Part shown: positions 44,723-54,776 of the stretch, piece by piece
How positions within the stretch are numbered: position 1 is the first letter of the stretch
Layout: each line of letters starts with the position of its first letter
Assembly: GCA_027485835.1 (NCBI GenBank)
Contig: JAIXQG010000002.1
Span: forward strand, 880,681 to 944,680
DNA from: Alphaproteobacteria bacterium
GTDB taxonomy: Bacteria; Pseudomonadota; Alphaproteobacteria; UBA2136; UBA6156
Direction of reading: 5' to 3'
DNA: 64,000 bases
Program-made: the position numbers and the translations under genes
Notes under the pieces: generated by a model
Database searches by the model: none
What the model was told of the DNA's origin: nothing
Seen by the model: only the letters and a program-made list of their open reading frames with translations

Positions 44723-45370
44723 ATGACGCAAAAAACCCCCGCAAGCCTAAAGGTTAGGAAGAAATCGCTGAGCAAGAGCAGCAAGGCGTGGGTGCAGCGC
44801 CAGTTGCGCGACCCGTATGTGGCGAAGGCGCAGGCCGAGGGATTCCGGGCCCGTGCGGCGTATAAGTTGCTGGAAGTGGATGAGAAGTTTCATATTCTTA
44901 AACCCGGCCAGAGCGTGGTGGACCTTGGGTGTGCCCCGGGTAGCTGGTGCCAGATTGCCGCGAGCCGCGGCTGCCGCGTGGTAGGCATTGACCTGCTGGA
45001 GTGTGACGCGATGGCCGGTGTGACGTTTATTCAGGACGATTTTACCACCGAGCAAGGCTACGAGCAGGTGAAGCAGGCGATGAAGAGTGAGTTTGTGGAC
45101 CTTGTGCTCTGTGACATGGCCGCGAATACCGTGGGGCACAAGGAGACCGATGGCCTGCGCACCCAAGCCTTGAGCGAGCTGGCGGTGGACTTTGCGCTAA
45201 ACCACCTGCGCAAGGGTGGGAGTTTTTGTACCAAGCTGTTTATGAACGGCTACGAAGCCGAGGCGAAGAAAAAGATGGCCACGCTGTTTGAGCGGGTGCA
45301 GTTGTTCAAGCCCGAGAGTAGCCGTGCCGAGAGTCGGGAAATCTTTTTAGTGTGCGTGAATAAGAAGTAA
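44723..45370 (+). CDS. rlmE: 23S rRNA (uridine2552-2'-O)-methyltransferase RlmE/FtsJ
   Basis: RAAYKLLEVDEKFHILKPGQSVVDLGCAPGSW. Confidence 0.9.
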   Translation: MTQKTPASLKVRKKSLSKSSKAWVQRQLRDPYVAKAQAEGFRARAAYKLLEVDEKFHILKPGQSVVDLGCAPGSWCQIAASRGCRVVGIDLLECDAMAGVTFIQDDFTTEQGYEQVKQAMKSEFVDLVLCDMAANTVGHKETDGLRTQALSELAVDFALNHLRKGGSFCTKLFMNGYEAEAKKKMATLFERVQLFKPESSRAESREIFLVCVNKK

Positions 45371-45595
45371 GCTGTTAAGGGCTTATTAAACGTTTGTGTT
45401 TTTTAAATTAACCGTTTGGTTAGGCTTGGTTTCGCTTGGTTTTTGTGTGGCGTATGTGCCTCAGGGGTGTGCAGTCTTGGGGGCTTTTTTTACGTTTTTT
45501 GGGAACCTGCACCCCCAAAATGTATTACAGTGATGAAGTAGCGCCTGCCTAGGCGGTGCCTCTGACACGAACAACCTATTAATAGGAATAAGATA

Positions 45596-46147
45596 ATGAT
45601 CCGTACTTCTGTAATGACCCTGGCTTTGGCCGGTGCTGTAATCGTAACCGGTAACGCCGAAGGCTGGAGCCGTGATGGCCTGTACGCTGGTGTTAAGGCC
45701 GGTGCCACCCAAGCCCAAAACCAATCCTTCAACACCGAATACGACGCTGGTTTCACCGGTGGTGCTTTCGTTGGTAAGAAAATGGGTAACTACCGCGCTG
45801 AGCTGGAAGGTATCTATGAAGAATCCGACGTTGACGGTGCTGACCTGGCTACCAAGTTCTCTGGTGCCATGGTTAACGGTTACTACGACTTCAAGAACGC
45901 CAGCCGCTTCACCCCGTACGTAGGTGCCGGTATCGGTTACGGTAAGGTACGTTACAGCAGCGACGTTGCTGGTACCGACAGCTCCAGCGAAGACGCTTTG
46001 GCCTACCAAGGTGTAGCCGGTGTTGGTTACGAACTGAACCCGTGCTGGACCCTGACCGGTGAATACCGTTACCTGGGTACCACTGAAGCTGGCGACACCC
46101 GTTACCAGAGCCATAGTGCATTGGCCGGTGTTCGCTACTCCTTCTAA
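45596..46147 (+). CDS. Outer-membrane beta-barrel protein (OmpA-like/Omp25-like small barrel)
   Basis: Signal peptide. Alternating amphipathic strands. C-terminal ...VRYSF. Confidence 0.7.
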   Translation: MIRTSVMTLALAGAVIVTGNAEGWSRDGLYAGVKAGATQAQNQSFNTEYDAGFTGGAFVGKKMGNYRAELEGIYEESDVDGADLATKFSGAMVNGYYDFKNASRFTPYVGAGIGYGKVRYSSDVAGTDSSSEDALAYQGVAGVGYELNPCWTLTGEYRYLGTTEAGDTRYQSHSALAGVRYSF

Positions 46148-46156
46148 CTTGGGGTA

Positions 46157-46192
46157 AGCAAGAAAAAGGAGCCGGTTGGCTCCTTTTTCTTG
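46157..46192. terminator. Hairpin terminator gcaagaaaaaggagccggttggctcctttttcttgc
   Basis: Perfect extended palindrome. Confidence 0.7.
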
Positions 46193-46198
46193 CCGAAG

Positions 46199-46334
46199 GG
46201 CGCGGGCTAAAAGCTCCCCCTGCGACGCTTCGCCAAAGCTCGTGTACTTCTTGTACACGTCGCTTCGTCTCATCCTCTCAGGATGAAGCTTTATAGCCTC
46301 ACGTGTGGGGCCTCATCAAACGTCGCTTCGCGCC
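46199..46334. repeat. MITE/REP-like intergenic repeat, copy C
   Basis: ggcgcgggctaaaagctccccctgcgac ... tttatagcctcacgtgtgggg ... ttcgcgccgg. Confidence 0.55.
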
Positions 46335-46357
46335 GGACTCTTGTCTTTCTGGTTAGG

Positions 46358-46387
46358 AAAGCCTCCCTTGTGGGAGGCTTTTTGTTT
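46358..46387. terminator. Bidirectional hairpin terminator
   Basis: aaagcctcccttgtgggaggcttttt. Confidence 0.6.
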
Positions 46388-46394
46388 GGTGGAA

Positions 46395-46805
46395 TTAGTC
46401 GGCGAACTGGACTTGGACTTCGCTGCGGCGCGTGCCTTTGGTGACCCAGCCGATTTTACGTTGAAGCTCTTCTGAGGAGAACGGTTTGCAAATGTAGAGG
46501 TCTACCCCTTTTTTGCTGGCTTCCAGAACTGAGTCGGTGTCGCTGCGGGCGGTGACCATGATGAAGGGAGTGAGGTTGCCTTCGTGACGCAGGTGGCTGA
46601 GGAGGTCGATGCCCGTTTCTTCCGGCATGTTCCAATCGCAGACAATCAGGTTGATTTCCGGCATATCGGTTAGCATATGCCGCGCTTGGGGAACGTTGTT
46701 GGCGATATGCACCGTGCCCACCCCCATGTTTTTGAGCATGAGTTTCATCGTTTCCAATGTCTCATGGTTGTCGTCGATAATCAGAACGGTATCGGGTAAC
46801 TGCAT
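46395..46805 (-). CDS. Single-domain response regulator (CheY-like receiver)
   Basis: DD...D...K receiver residues. Confidence 0.8.
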   Translation of the reverse strand: MQLPDTVLIIDDNHETLETMKLMLKNMGVGTVHIANNVPQARHMLTDMPEINLIVCDWNMPEETGIDLLSHLRHEGNLTPFIMVTARSDTDSVLEASKKGVDLYICKPFSSEELQRKIGWVTKGTRRSEVQVQFAD

Positions 46806-46819
46806 GGGTCAGGTTCTCT

Positions 46820-47926
46820 CTACGCTACTGTTTTCGGGATAAATATTTGCACGCTGGTGCCTTTGCCGACTTCGCTGGCGATATCGACAAAACCGTTCAT
46901 GCTGCGGACCAGCCCGTGGACCATCGAGAGGCCGAGGCCGGTGCCTTCGCCTTCCTTTTTGGTGGTGTAGAACGGATCGAAAATGCGCGTCAGGTGCTCG
47001 GGCGGGATGCCGGTACCGAAGTCGGTGACGGTCAGTGACGCATAAAGACCGGGTTCGACGCTCATTGCTTGGGCGCGTTGAGGTTCGATACGTACGTTGT
47101 CGCAACTGATCACCACCGTACCTTGGTAGTCGGAAGCGTGGGCGCTGTTGGAGACAAGATTGTTGATGGCTTGAATGAGGCCCGTGCGGTTGATGGCGAG
47201 GGGGAAGTCGTTTGCGGGCGGTTTAATTTGTACGTCGATGCTTGGTGGCAGGAAGGTTTGGCAGAAGGCGGCGGTTTCTTGCAGCAGTTCGGTCACCGAT
47301 TCCACTTCCATTTTGGCGCGGCCGCCAACGGAGGAGAAGGTGAGGACGTTGTCGATAATACGCCGTGCGTGCAGGCTGCTGTTAATGGCGCGGTTGATGG
47401 CGCTGAGGCAGGCTTCGCGGTCGTCGATACGGTTGCGTGCAAGCTCGCAGCCCCCCAGAATGGACTGGAGGGCTGTATTGATTTCGTGTGAGATACCGGA
47501 CGCGATGGTGCCCAGAGATTCCAGGCGTTGGCGGCGGTTGTAGGATTCGGCCAGTTTGTCTTTTTCTTCCATCAGGTGGGTGATGTCGGCCTGAAGACGG
47601 TGGGCCTCGTGAATATAAACCATGAGGATTGCAACAATCCCGATAAGCGTGCAGCCGATGAGGAAAACGAGTGGGTCTTCGATTTCGCTGTGGCTTTCCA
47701 TAAATTCAAAGAGTTCTGAGAACCATTTGAAATGGTAAATCCCAACGATCATGGTGAGGAGGAACAGAGATACCCCGCCGAGGGTGAGCAGCATTTTGTG
47801 GCGCATGCGCTCGTTAAAGCTTTCGCGGTACTGGGTGGCGAGCGACGTGAAGGCATCGGCGGCCGCTGCTGAGGCCGCATCGGCAGCGGCGGTATTTTCG
47901 GTGTTCTGTTTGCCATAGCAGAGCAT
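46820..47926 (-). CDS. Sensor histidine kinase (two TM, HisKA, HATPase_c)
   Basis: H-box SHEINTALQSI. G-boxes GTGLGLSMV. Confidence 0.8.
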   Translation of the reverse strand: MLCYGKQNTENTAAADAASAAAADAFTSLATQYRESFNERMRHKMLLTLGGVSLFLLTMIVGIYHFKWFSELFEFMESHSEIEDPLVFLIGCTLIGIVAILMVYIHEAHRLQADITHLMEEKDKLAESYNRRQRLESLGTIASGISHEINTALQSILGGCELARNRIDDREACLSAINRAINSSLHARRIIDNVLTFSSVGGRAKMEVESVTELLQETAAFCQTFLPPSIDVQIKPPANDFPLAINRTGLIQAINNLVSNSAHASDYQGTVVISCDNVRIEPQRAQAMSVEPGLYASLTVTDFGTGIPPEHLTRIFDPFYTTKKEGEGTGLGLSMVHGLVRSMNGFVDIASEVGKGTSVQIFIPKTVA

Positions 47927-48106
47927 GTGGCGTACCCGTTGGTTCCTGTTGTCGGGAGATGGAACTCTCCTTAACTGTAGGTTAGCCCTTTATGGGTGCA
48001 ACACAAAGTGGTGAATGCCAAGAACCTGACAGGGGGCATTGGATAAAGATATGATGTGTGCTTTTTCAGCTATAGTTTTATAAAATCATAAATTTAGTGT
48101 GGTTTT

Positions 48107-48550
48107 TTAACCGGCTTTGGAGAGATGGCTGGTACTGCCAAAGCCGCCCTCGCCACGGTCGGTGTCCGAGAGGTTCTCTACGGAGTTGAACGTGACCTGC
48201 GTGAAGGGGATGATCGCCATTTGGAACAGGCGGTCTTGCGGGTTCAGCACCTCGGGCGTGGTGCCGATATTGCGGATGACGGTGAGGATTTCGCCGCGGT
48301 AGCCGCTATCGATAATCCCCAGCGTGTTGGCCATCATGAGATTGCGCTTGGAGAGGCTGCTGCGCGGCACGACCATACCGAAGTGTCCTTCGGGGATTTC
48401 CATGGCAATGCCACAGCCGATTTTGACGGTTTGATCTGGCTGCAGAGTGATGGCTTCTTCGATGTTCAGAAAGAGGTCGAAGGCGGCGTCGCCCTGCTTT
48501 GCATAGGCGGGGAAGGGGGAGCCGGTGAGTTTGATGTTCATGGTGGTCAT
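48107..48550 (-). CDS. dut: dUTP diphosphatase
   Basis: GIIDSGYRGEI motif. Confidence 0.9.
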   Translation of the reverse strand: MTTMNIKLTGSPFPAYAKQGDAAFDLFLNIEEAITLQPDQTVKIGCGIAMEIPEGHFGMVVPRSSLSKRNLMMANTLGIIDSGYRGEILTVIRNIGTTPEVLNPQDRLFQMAIIPFTQVTFNSVENLSDTDRGEGGFGSTSHLSKAG

Positions 48551-48564
48551 GAAAAGGCTTTCGG

Positions 48565-50076
48565 TTACGGTTCGAACGGGGCGTCGCCGGGGACGTTGTA
48601 GTGGGAGGGGGCCATGTTGTGGAAGGTGGTGGTTTCGCCATGGAACATGAGCGTGACCACGCCGGTTGGGCCCTTACGGTTTTTGCTGAAGAGGACTTCG
48701 GCACGGCCGCGCACTTGCTCCAGCTTTTCCTTCATTTTCATGGTCTTTTCGTCCATGCCTTCTTCGGCACCCAGTTGGCGGGAGAGGTAGTAGTCTTCGC
48801 GGTACAAGAACACCACCAAGTCGGCATCTTGCTCGATCGAGCCGGATTCACGGAGGTCGGATAGCTGGGGGCGTTTGTTGTCGCGGTTTTCGACCGAACG
48901 CGACAGCTGTGAGAGGGCGATGACCGGAATGTTGAGCTCCCGCGCGATGGTTTTGAGACCTTGCGAGATTTCCGAGACCTCTTGCACGCGGTTGTCGGCA
49001 CTGCTGGCTTTGCTACCGGACATGAGCTGCAAATAATCGACCACCAAAAGGCCGATGCCGTAGAGGCGCTTCATGCGGCGGGCGCGCGCGCGCAGGGCAT
49101 TCACCGAGAGTTGGGGGGTGTCGTCGATGTACATCGGCAGTTCGGCGAGCTGGCCTGCGGCCTCAGACAGGCGGCGGAAGTCGGCGTCTGACAAATGGCC
49201 GTTGGTGAGCTGGTGGGAGGAAATGCCTGCGGCGGAGGAGAGCATACGCGCGGCGAGCTGGTCGGCCGACATTTCGAGACTAAACACACCGACTGCGGCA
49301 CCGTTGGCGCCGCCGGTGAGCATGCGCGTGGCGGCGTTTTGCGCGACGTTGATGGCGAACGAGGTTTTACCCATAGATGGACGCGCGGCGAGAATGATGA
49401 GGTCGGACTTGTGAAGACCGCCGAGGAGGTGGTCGATATCGATAAAGCCCGTGCTGACGCCCGAGACGCCGCCGCCATCTTTACGGGCTTGCTCGGCGCG
49501 TTTGATGACCTCAATTAGGGGATCGCGCAGGTTTTTGGCGCTGCTGCTGCCACTGCCGGATTCCGCCAGTTTAAACAGTTCGCCGCTGACGGCGTCGAGC
49601 ACTTCCTTGGCTTCGTCGGGCCGGTGGGCGGCACCGGCTTGGCTGCGCAGGGAGTCTCCCAGCGTGATAAGCTGGCGCTGGAGGTAGGTGGTGTGGATGA
49701 CTTCGGCCAGTGAGCGGACATCGCCACCCAAGCCTGCGTTTTCGAACATCTGGCTGAGGTGGGTGAGCAGGGTTTGCTCGTCGTCGTAGGGGGTGCCGCG
49801 GAGGATTTCGCGTAATGTAATTGGGTTAGCCTCGCGCCCGCGGTTGACCAGCGTTTGCAGGCCTTCGAAAATCGCGGCGTGGAGGGGCACGTAGAAGTGC
49901 TCGGCCATAATGGCGCCTGCGAGGTCGTCGAGCTGGCGGTTATTCACCATGAGGAGGCCGAGAATCGCTTGCTCGGCCGCGACGCTGTGCGGCACCTGCA
50001 CGGTGGAGGCGGCCGCCGTGTTGGCGTTGGTGAGGGCAGTTTCGGTCGCTTTGGCGAGGGGTACAATGTTGGCCAT
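48565..50076 (-). CDS. dnaB: Replicative DNA helicase
   Basis: Walker A GARPSMGKTSFA. DnaB N- and C-terminal domains. Confidence 0.95.
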   Translation of the reverse strand: MANIVPLAKATETALTNANTAAASTVQVPHSVAAEQAILGLLMVNNRQLDDLAGAIMAEHFYVPLHAAIFEGLQTLVNRGREANPITLREILRGTPYDDEQTLLTHLSQMFENAGLGGDVRSLAEVIHTTYLQRQLITLGDSLRSQAGAAHRPDEAKEVLDAVSGELFKLAESGSGSSSAKNLRDPLIEVIKRAEQARKDGGGVSGVSTGFIDIDHLLGGLHKSDLIILAARPSMGKTSFAINVAQNAATRMLTGGANGAAVGVFSLEMSADQLAARMLSSAAGISSHQLTNGHLSDADFRRLSEAAGQLAELPMYIDDTPQLSVNALRARARRMKRLYGIGLLVVDYLQLMSGSKASSADNRVQEVSEISQGLKTIARELNIPVIALSQLSRSVENRDNKRPQLSDLRESGSIEQDADLVVFLYREDYYLSRQLGAEEGMDEKTMKMKEKLEQVRGRAEVLFSKNRKGPTGVVTLMFHGETTTFHNMAPSHYNVPGDAPFEP

Positions 50077-50140
50077 AGCCCAGAGTATAGCGTTTTACCG
50101 GGGTGGGGGTAGGGGAAAGAGTCCTTTTTTGCCCACAGGG

Positions 50141-50149
50141 TTATCCACA
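50141..50149 (+). promoter_or_regulatory. Perfect DnaA box TTATCCACA in the dnaB upstream region
   Basis: Exact 9-mer 65 bp upstream of the dnaB start. Confidence 0.5.
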
Positions 50150-50159
50150 AAGGAGAAGC

Positions 50160-50190
50160 TCAAAAAAAATGGCCACCCGAAGGTGGCCGA
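50160..50190 (-). terminator. Rho-independent terminator for the upstream small gene
   Basis: ggccaccttcgggtggcc hairpin plus T-run on the minus strand. Confidence 0.65.
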
Positions 50191-50222
50191 CGCAATACTG
50201 TTACGCAGTACTCATTCAAGAA

Positions 50223-50465
50223 TCAGCTGGCGGCGGATTGGGCCCTAACCCATGATGCAATTTCTTGAAATTCATCCCGGTGGCCGAATGTGGATTCGGC
50301 TGTTTCGGTGGAGGCGACCAGCACCAAATCGACACCGCTGCGGTGAGGATCGGGGTCGGAATGTTCCGTACTCTCGGGTTCCCAGTGGGTGCGATCGCGC
50401 TCGGCGAGCTTTTCCTTCTTCGCGTTGCGGGATTGCGCACTACTCATGAAACGTCCGTTGGACAT
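50223..50465 (-). CDS. Hypothetical small charged protein (~80 aa)
   Basis: ORF followed by its own terminator. Confidence 0.35.
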   Translation of the reverse strand: MSNGRFMSSAQSRNAKKEKLAERDRTHWEPESTEHSDPDPHRSGVDLVLVASTETAESTFGHRDEFQEIASWVRAQSAAS

Positions 50466-50536
50466 ATATATCCCCCTCTTTGGAGTTAGATGTTTCAATT
50501 AACAAACCGAATGTATCGGAAAACACGATTGAAATC

Positions 50537-50569
50537 AAAAGAAACCCGCCGGTATAGGCGGGTTTCTTT
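50537..50569. terminator. Bidirectional terminator after rplI
   Basis: aagaaacccgccggtataggcgggtttcttt. Confidence 0.7.
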
Positions 50570-50585
50570 GTGTGTGCCTTAGCTA

Positions 50586-51044
50586 TTAAGCGCTTTGGCG
50601 GGTGATGGTCACCGGAACGGTGATGATCACTTCCGGGTGGAGGGCCACACGGATGCTGGTTTCGCCTACTTCCTTGAGCGGGTTCGCGATCAGGATTTGC
50701 GAGGCGTTGGCGGTGATGCCCTTGGCGGACAGCTCGGATACCAGATCCTTCGCCTTCACGCTACCGTAGAGTTGGCCGGTTTCGGATGCGAAACGGGACA
50801 GTTCCAGCTTAACGCCTTCCAGTTCGGCAGCCTTCTTCTCGGCAGCTGATTTGGCGGCTGCGGACTTGGCTTCCAGTTCGGCCTTTTGAGCCGCGAACTT
50901 TTCGGTGTTCAGCTTGGTGGCTACCAGCGCCTTACCGCGCGGCAGCAGGAAGTTGCGGGCAAAGCCGCCCTTCACGCGCACGGTGTCGCCGATTTTGCCG
51001 ACGCCCTGGAGGGCTTCCAGCAGGATAACTTGCATGTTTGCCAT
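50586..51044 (-). CDS. rplI: 50S ribosomal protein L9
   Basis: MQVILLE...GKIGD...VKGGFARNFLLP. Confidence 0.9.
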   Translation of the reverse strand: MANMQVILLEALQGVGKIGDTVRVKGGFARNFLLPRGKALVATKLNTEKFAAQKAELEAKSAAAKSAAEKKAAELEGVKLELSRFASETGQLYGSVKAKDLVSELSAKGITANASQILIANPLKEVGETSIRVALHPEVIITVPVTITRQSA

Positions 51045-51070
51045 GATGTCTATTCCTTCTCTTCTACCGA

Positions 51071-51499
51071 CTATTCAGCGGCTTCGGTGCTGGCTTCAGC
51101 ACGCGGTTCGCGGGGTTCGCGCGGCTCACGGCCTTCACGCGGGCCACGCGGGGTGCGGGCCGGACGGTCGTTTTGCGGGTCGAACTTAACGGTGTAGGGC
51201 AGCAGGGCGAGCATACGGGCGCGCTTGATGGCCTGAGTCAGTTCACGTTGCTTTTCAGCGCACACGCCAGTGATGTGACGGGGCAGGATTTTGCCGTACT
51301 CGGACAGGTATTTGCCCAGCAGGCGTACGTCCTTGTAGTCAATCTTCGGAGCCTTCGGGCCGCTGAAGGGGCAGCCGCGGCGACGTTGGAAGTAAGCCTT
51401 GCCCAACAGCTTGGGGGTGTACTTACCGCCGGTGCGGAATTCGTCGCGGGGTTTACGCTCGGTCTTTTCGCCGCGCTTACGGGGTTGTTCCATAGCCAT
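51071..51499 (-). CDS. rpsR: 30S ribosomal protein S18 (with an extended C-terminal tail)
   Basis: CPFSG...[26 protein letters not shown]. Confidence 0.9.
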   Translation of the reverse strand: MAMEQPRKRGEKTERKPRDEFRTGGKYTPKLLGKAYFQRRRGCPFSGPKAPKIDYKDVRLLGKYLSEYGKILPRHITGVCAEKQRELTQAIKRARMLALLPYTVKFDPQNDRPARTPRGPREGREPREPREPRAEASTEAAE

Positions 51500-51530
51500 G
51501 ATAGAATCTTTCTCTACAAACTAAATTGAA

Positions 51531-51893
51531 TTACGCGTTGGCGCCGGCTTCGCCGTCTTCCATGCGGTTTTTGGCCTTCAGCATAGCGGAGGGCTCTTTG
51601 CTGATGTCTTCTACCTTGATGGTCATGAAGCGGATCACGTCATCGGCAAGCTTGAGCTGGTATTCGATGTCGTTGATGGCTTCTTGGCCGGACAGGCTCA
51701 GGCCGCTCATGGTGTAGTAACCCTTGCGGTGCTTGCTGATCGGGTAGGACAGGGTGCGGAGGCCCCATTGTTCGGTCTTTATGACCTTGCCCTTGTGCTT
51801 CTTCACAAGGTCGGCCACTTTGCCGGCCACGACTTCGACCTGCGTGGTCGGAACGTCGGGACGGATGATGTAGGTGAGTTCGTAGAACGCCAT
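51531..51893 (-). CDS. rpsF: 30S ribosomal protein S6
   Basis: MAFYELTYIIRPD. Confidence 0.9.
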   Translation of the reverse strand: MAFYELTYIIRPDVPTTQVEVVAGKVADLVKKHKGKVIKTEQWGLRTLSYPISKHRKGYYTMSGLSLSGQEAINDIEYQLKLADDVIRFMTIKVEDISKEPSAMLKAKNRMEDGEAGANA

Positions 51894-52029
51894 AGCGTGT
51901 CATCTTTCCTCTTGGTTAGTGGGACTTACATCTGTTTTTACAGACTTGGGACCCGTTACGGCCACTTGCGTGACCAAGGTTGTGAGGTGCGTATTGCATG
52001 TTCTTGTTAAGTATGCAAGACCTTTGGCT

Positions 52030-52953
52030 ATGAAAAAGCTGTGTTTTGTTTTTCCCGGTCAGGGAAGTCAGGTGCCCGGAATGGGCAAGGATTTTGCTGA
52101 AGAATCCTTTGCAAAAGAATTGTTTGAGCAGGCCGATGACGCCTTGGGCTTTGGTTTGACCAAGCTGATGTGGGGCGAGGATGCCGCTGCGCTGACCCAA
52201 ACTGAGAATGCTCAGCCCGCCCTTTTGGTAACCGGTTTGGTGGCGTTGGAGTATCTGAAGCGGCAGTCTGGCAAAACCGTTGCCGAGCTGGTGGCATGTG
52301 TGGCCGGACATAGTTTGGGCGAGTACACCGCCATGGCCGCCGCCGGTGGCATGGACTTTGAAACCGCGGTGAAGCTGGTGCGCCTGCGTGGGGAAGCCAT
52401 GCGTGATTGCGGCCAAGAGGGGAGCATGAGCGCGATTTTGGGTCTCGACCCCGAAGTGGTTGATAAGGTGGCGAAGGAATCGGGTGTGGTGTTTGCCAAT
52501 GACAATGGCCCCGGTCAGGCGATTTTCAGTGGGCCGGTGGCGGCGCTGGAAAAGGCCGAAGAAGCTGCCAAGGCTGCCGGTGCCAAGCGTGCGTTGCGGT
52601 TGAATGTGAGCGGGCCGTTCCATACCCCCGTGATGACCGGTGCGGCCGGTGAGGTGCGTGACTTTTTGAAGAGCCACCCGCTGCGCGAGCTGGAGGTGCC
52701 GTGCGTGATGAATGTTCATGCGTCGGGCAAAATGGCTCCGGATGAGGTGGCTGAGGGTTTGGTGGCGCAGGTGACCGGCCGTGTGCGTTGGCGCGAGAGT
52801 ATGATGTATGTGGCCGAGCAAGGCGTGGACACGGTTGTGGAGCTGGGGGTTGGTAAGGTGTTGACGGGTATGGCGTCGCGTTGCGATTCTCGGTTAACCG
52901 GCGTAAGCTTAAGCAACCGTGCCGAGGTGGATGCTTGGGTGGCGGCTCTTTAA
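52030..52953 (+). CDS. fabD: Malonyl-CoA:ACP transacylase
   Basis: FVFPGQGSQ ... GHSLGEY. Confidence 0.9.
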   Translation: MKKLCFVFPGQGSQVPGMGKDFAEESFAKELFEQADDALGFGLTKLMWGEDAAALTQTENAQPALLVTGLVALEYLKRQSGKTVAELVACVAGHSLGEYTAMAAAGGMDFETAVKLVRLRGEAMRDCGQEGSMSAILGLDPEVVDKVAKESGVVFANDNGPGQAIFSGPVAALEKAEEAAKAAGAKRALRLNVSGPFHTPVMTGAAGEVRDFLKSHPLRELEVPCVMNVHASGKMAPDEVAEGLVAQVTGRVRWRESMMYVAEQGVDTVVELGVGKVLTGMASRCDSRLTGVSLSNRAEVDAWVAAL

Positions 52954-53018
52954 CCGACTTACTCGGAACAGGGCGCCCTACGGGGGGTTTTGTTGTTAAT
53001 AACAGAAAGGGTAACATC

Positions 53019-53411
53019 ATGTTACTGGCATATTGGATAGTGTTACTGGCGGCGTTGATGCCGTTTGGATTGGTGCAGATTGCACGGGGGCCGAACTTTA
53101 ATAACGCAAAGCCCCGCGATACGTATGCGAATGCCGAAGGGCGCCAGAAGCGGGCGTATAATGCACATGTGAACAGCTTGGAAGCGTTTCCGATTTTTGC
53201 CGCCGCCGTGTTGGTGGCTGTGCAGGGCGGGGCGGCGAGCTGGGTACTGAGCGTGCTGGCAGTTGTCTGGCTGTTGCTGCGTTGTGGTTTTATTTATGCC
53301 TATTTGAAAGACATGCCGCGTGAGCGTAGTGCGCTGTGGGCGTTGGCGATGATTGTGAATGTGGCGATCTTCACTTTGCCGCTGTGGGGGCCGCGTGCGA
53401 GCTTTTATTAG
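53019..53411 (+). CDS. MAPEG-family membrane protein (inserted between fabD and fabG)
   Basis: ~130 aa with four TM and a MAPEG-like pattern. Confidence 0.5.
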   Translation: MLLAYWIVLLAALMPFGLVQIARGPNFNNAKPRDTYANAEGRQKRAYNAHVNSLEAFPIFAAAVLVAVQGGAASWVLSVLAVVWLLLRCGFIYAYLKDMPRERSALWALAMIVNVAIFTLPLWGPRASFY

Positions 53412-53552
53412 AGTGTTGTGAGTGAAGGAAAGGGCTTTGAAGGGAGCCCTTTTTGGTTTTGTGCGCTGCGTGCGGACGTGTTGACGCCGCAAGAAGGACT
53501 GTTACAACTGCGGCATAGTTTTGAAGAAACACGACAACATAAGTAAAAAAGG

Positions 53553-54284
53553 ATGTTCAGGATGGCGTTTGGTGATTTGACCGGTATGCGGGCGTTGGTA
53601 ACCGGTGGGAGCCGTGGGATTGGCCGTGCGACGGCGGAAATGCTGATGGCGCATGGGGCGGAAGTGGTGATTCATGGCAGCAGCGACGAGACCGTGCAAA
53701 AGGCGGCGGCCGAGCTGGGTGTGAAGGGGATTGCCGCCAACCTGCTGGATGACAGCAGCGTGGGCAAGATTGTGGCCGAAGCCGGTGAGATTGATATTCT
53801 GGTCAACAACGCCGGTATTACCCGCGACGCCCTGTTTGTACGCCAAAACGAGCAGCAGTGGGATGACGTGATGCTGGTGAACGTGAGCCGTGTGGTGGCC
53901 CTGAGCCGCGCCGTGTTGCCGCACATGATGAGCAAGGGCCATGGCCGCATTATTAACATGACCAGCATTGTGGCCCACATGGGCAACGTTGGCCAAACCA
54001 ACTACGTGACTGCCAAAAGCGCGTTGGGTGGTTTTACCAAGGCTTTGGCCAAGGAAACTGCCCGCAAGGGCGTGACCGTGAATGCGGTGGCGCCGGGCTT
54101 TATCAATACCGACATGACGGCGGTGATACCCGACAACCTGAAAGAGGCGTTTGTGAAGCAGATACCCGCCCAGCGCTTTGGTGAGGCAAAGGATATTGCG
54201 GCTGCGGTGGCTTTCCTTGCGAGCAAAGAAGCCGGTTATGTGACGGGTACGACGCTGCATGTGAATGGCGGGATGTACGTATAG
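53553..54284 (+). CDS. fabG: 3-oxoacyl-ACP reductase
   Basis: ALVTGGSRGIG ... YVTAKSAL SDR motifs. Confidence 0.9.
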   Translation: MFRMAFGDLTGMRALVTGGSRGIGRATAEMLMAHGAEVVIHGSSDETVQKAAAELGVKGIAANLLDDSSVGKIVAEAGEIDILVNNAGITRDALFVRQNEQQWDDVMLVNVSRVVALSRAVLPHMMSKGHGRIINMTSIVAHMGNVGQTNYVTAKSALGGFTKALAKETARKGVTVNAVAPGFINTDMTAVIPDNLKEAFVKQIPAQRFGEAKDIAAAVAFLASKEAGYVTGTTLHVNGGMYV

Positions 54285-54315
54285 GTAACTAGGGATTTAG
54301 GTTGCTAGGAACGAG

Positions 54316-54347
54316 AAAAGGCTCCCGATGGAAGCCTTTTTCGTTTT
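54316..54347. terminator. Hairpin terminator between fabG and the divergent ACP-like gene
   Basis: aaaaggctcccgatggaagcctttttcgtttt. Confidence 0.5.
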
Positions 54348-54369
54348 ACGAGCGTGGCTCGTCCCGCCT

Positions 54370-54615
54370 CTAAGCGGCGATCAGTCGGATTCGGGATTTC
54401 ACTTTCACCAGTTCATGAACGTCGCCAACAGTTTGAAGGCGGTTCATTTCGGCGTCTGAAATCTGCTCGATTCCGAGTTCGTCTTCCAGCTTCATGCACA
54501 TGAGTGTGCGGGCGATGCTGGATGGCGAGATTGAGGAAAGGGTGGTTGTCGCGTTGAACTTGAAGTCAGCTCTCAGTTCCTCGCGGATGATGTCGTCTAT
54601 GCGATGCGGATTCAT
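54370..54615 (-). CDS. Acyl carrier protein-like (PP-binding) small protein, divergent from the fab genes
   Basis: ACP-like helix pattern ...SISPSSIARTLMCMKLEDELGIEQ.. Confidence 0.45.
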   Translation of the reverse strand: MNPHRIDDIIREELRADFKFNATTTLSSISPSSIARTLMCMKLEDELGIEQISDAEMNRLQTVGDVHELVKVKSRIRLIAA

Positions 54616-54776
54616 AATTCCTCCAAGGTGTCGGCGTTTGATGACCGGTATAAGTAAGTTACGTAAAGATTTGTATGCTTATTTCGCAGGCAGTTGCTAT
54701 GCCTGCTTGGAGAGGGGGTTGTCAACCCCAAGTGGCCGGTGCAAGGTGCCGCCGAGCTTAATTTAAGGTGATATGT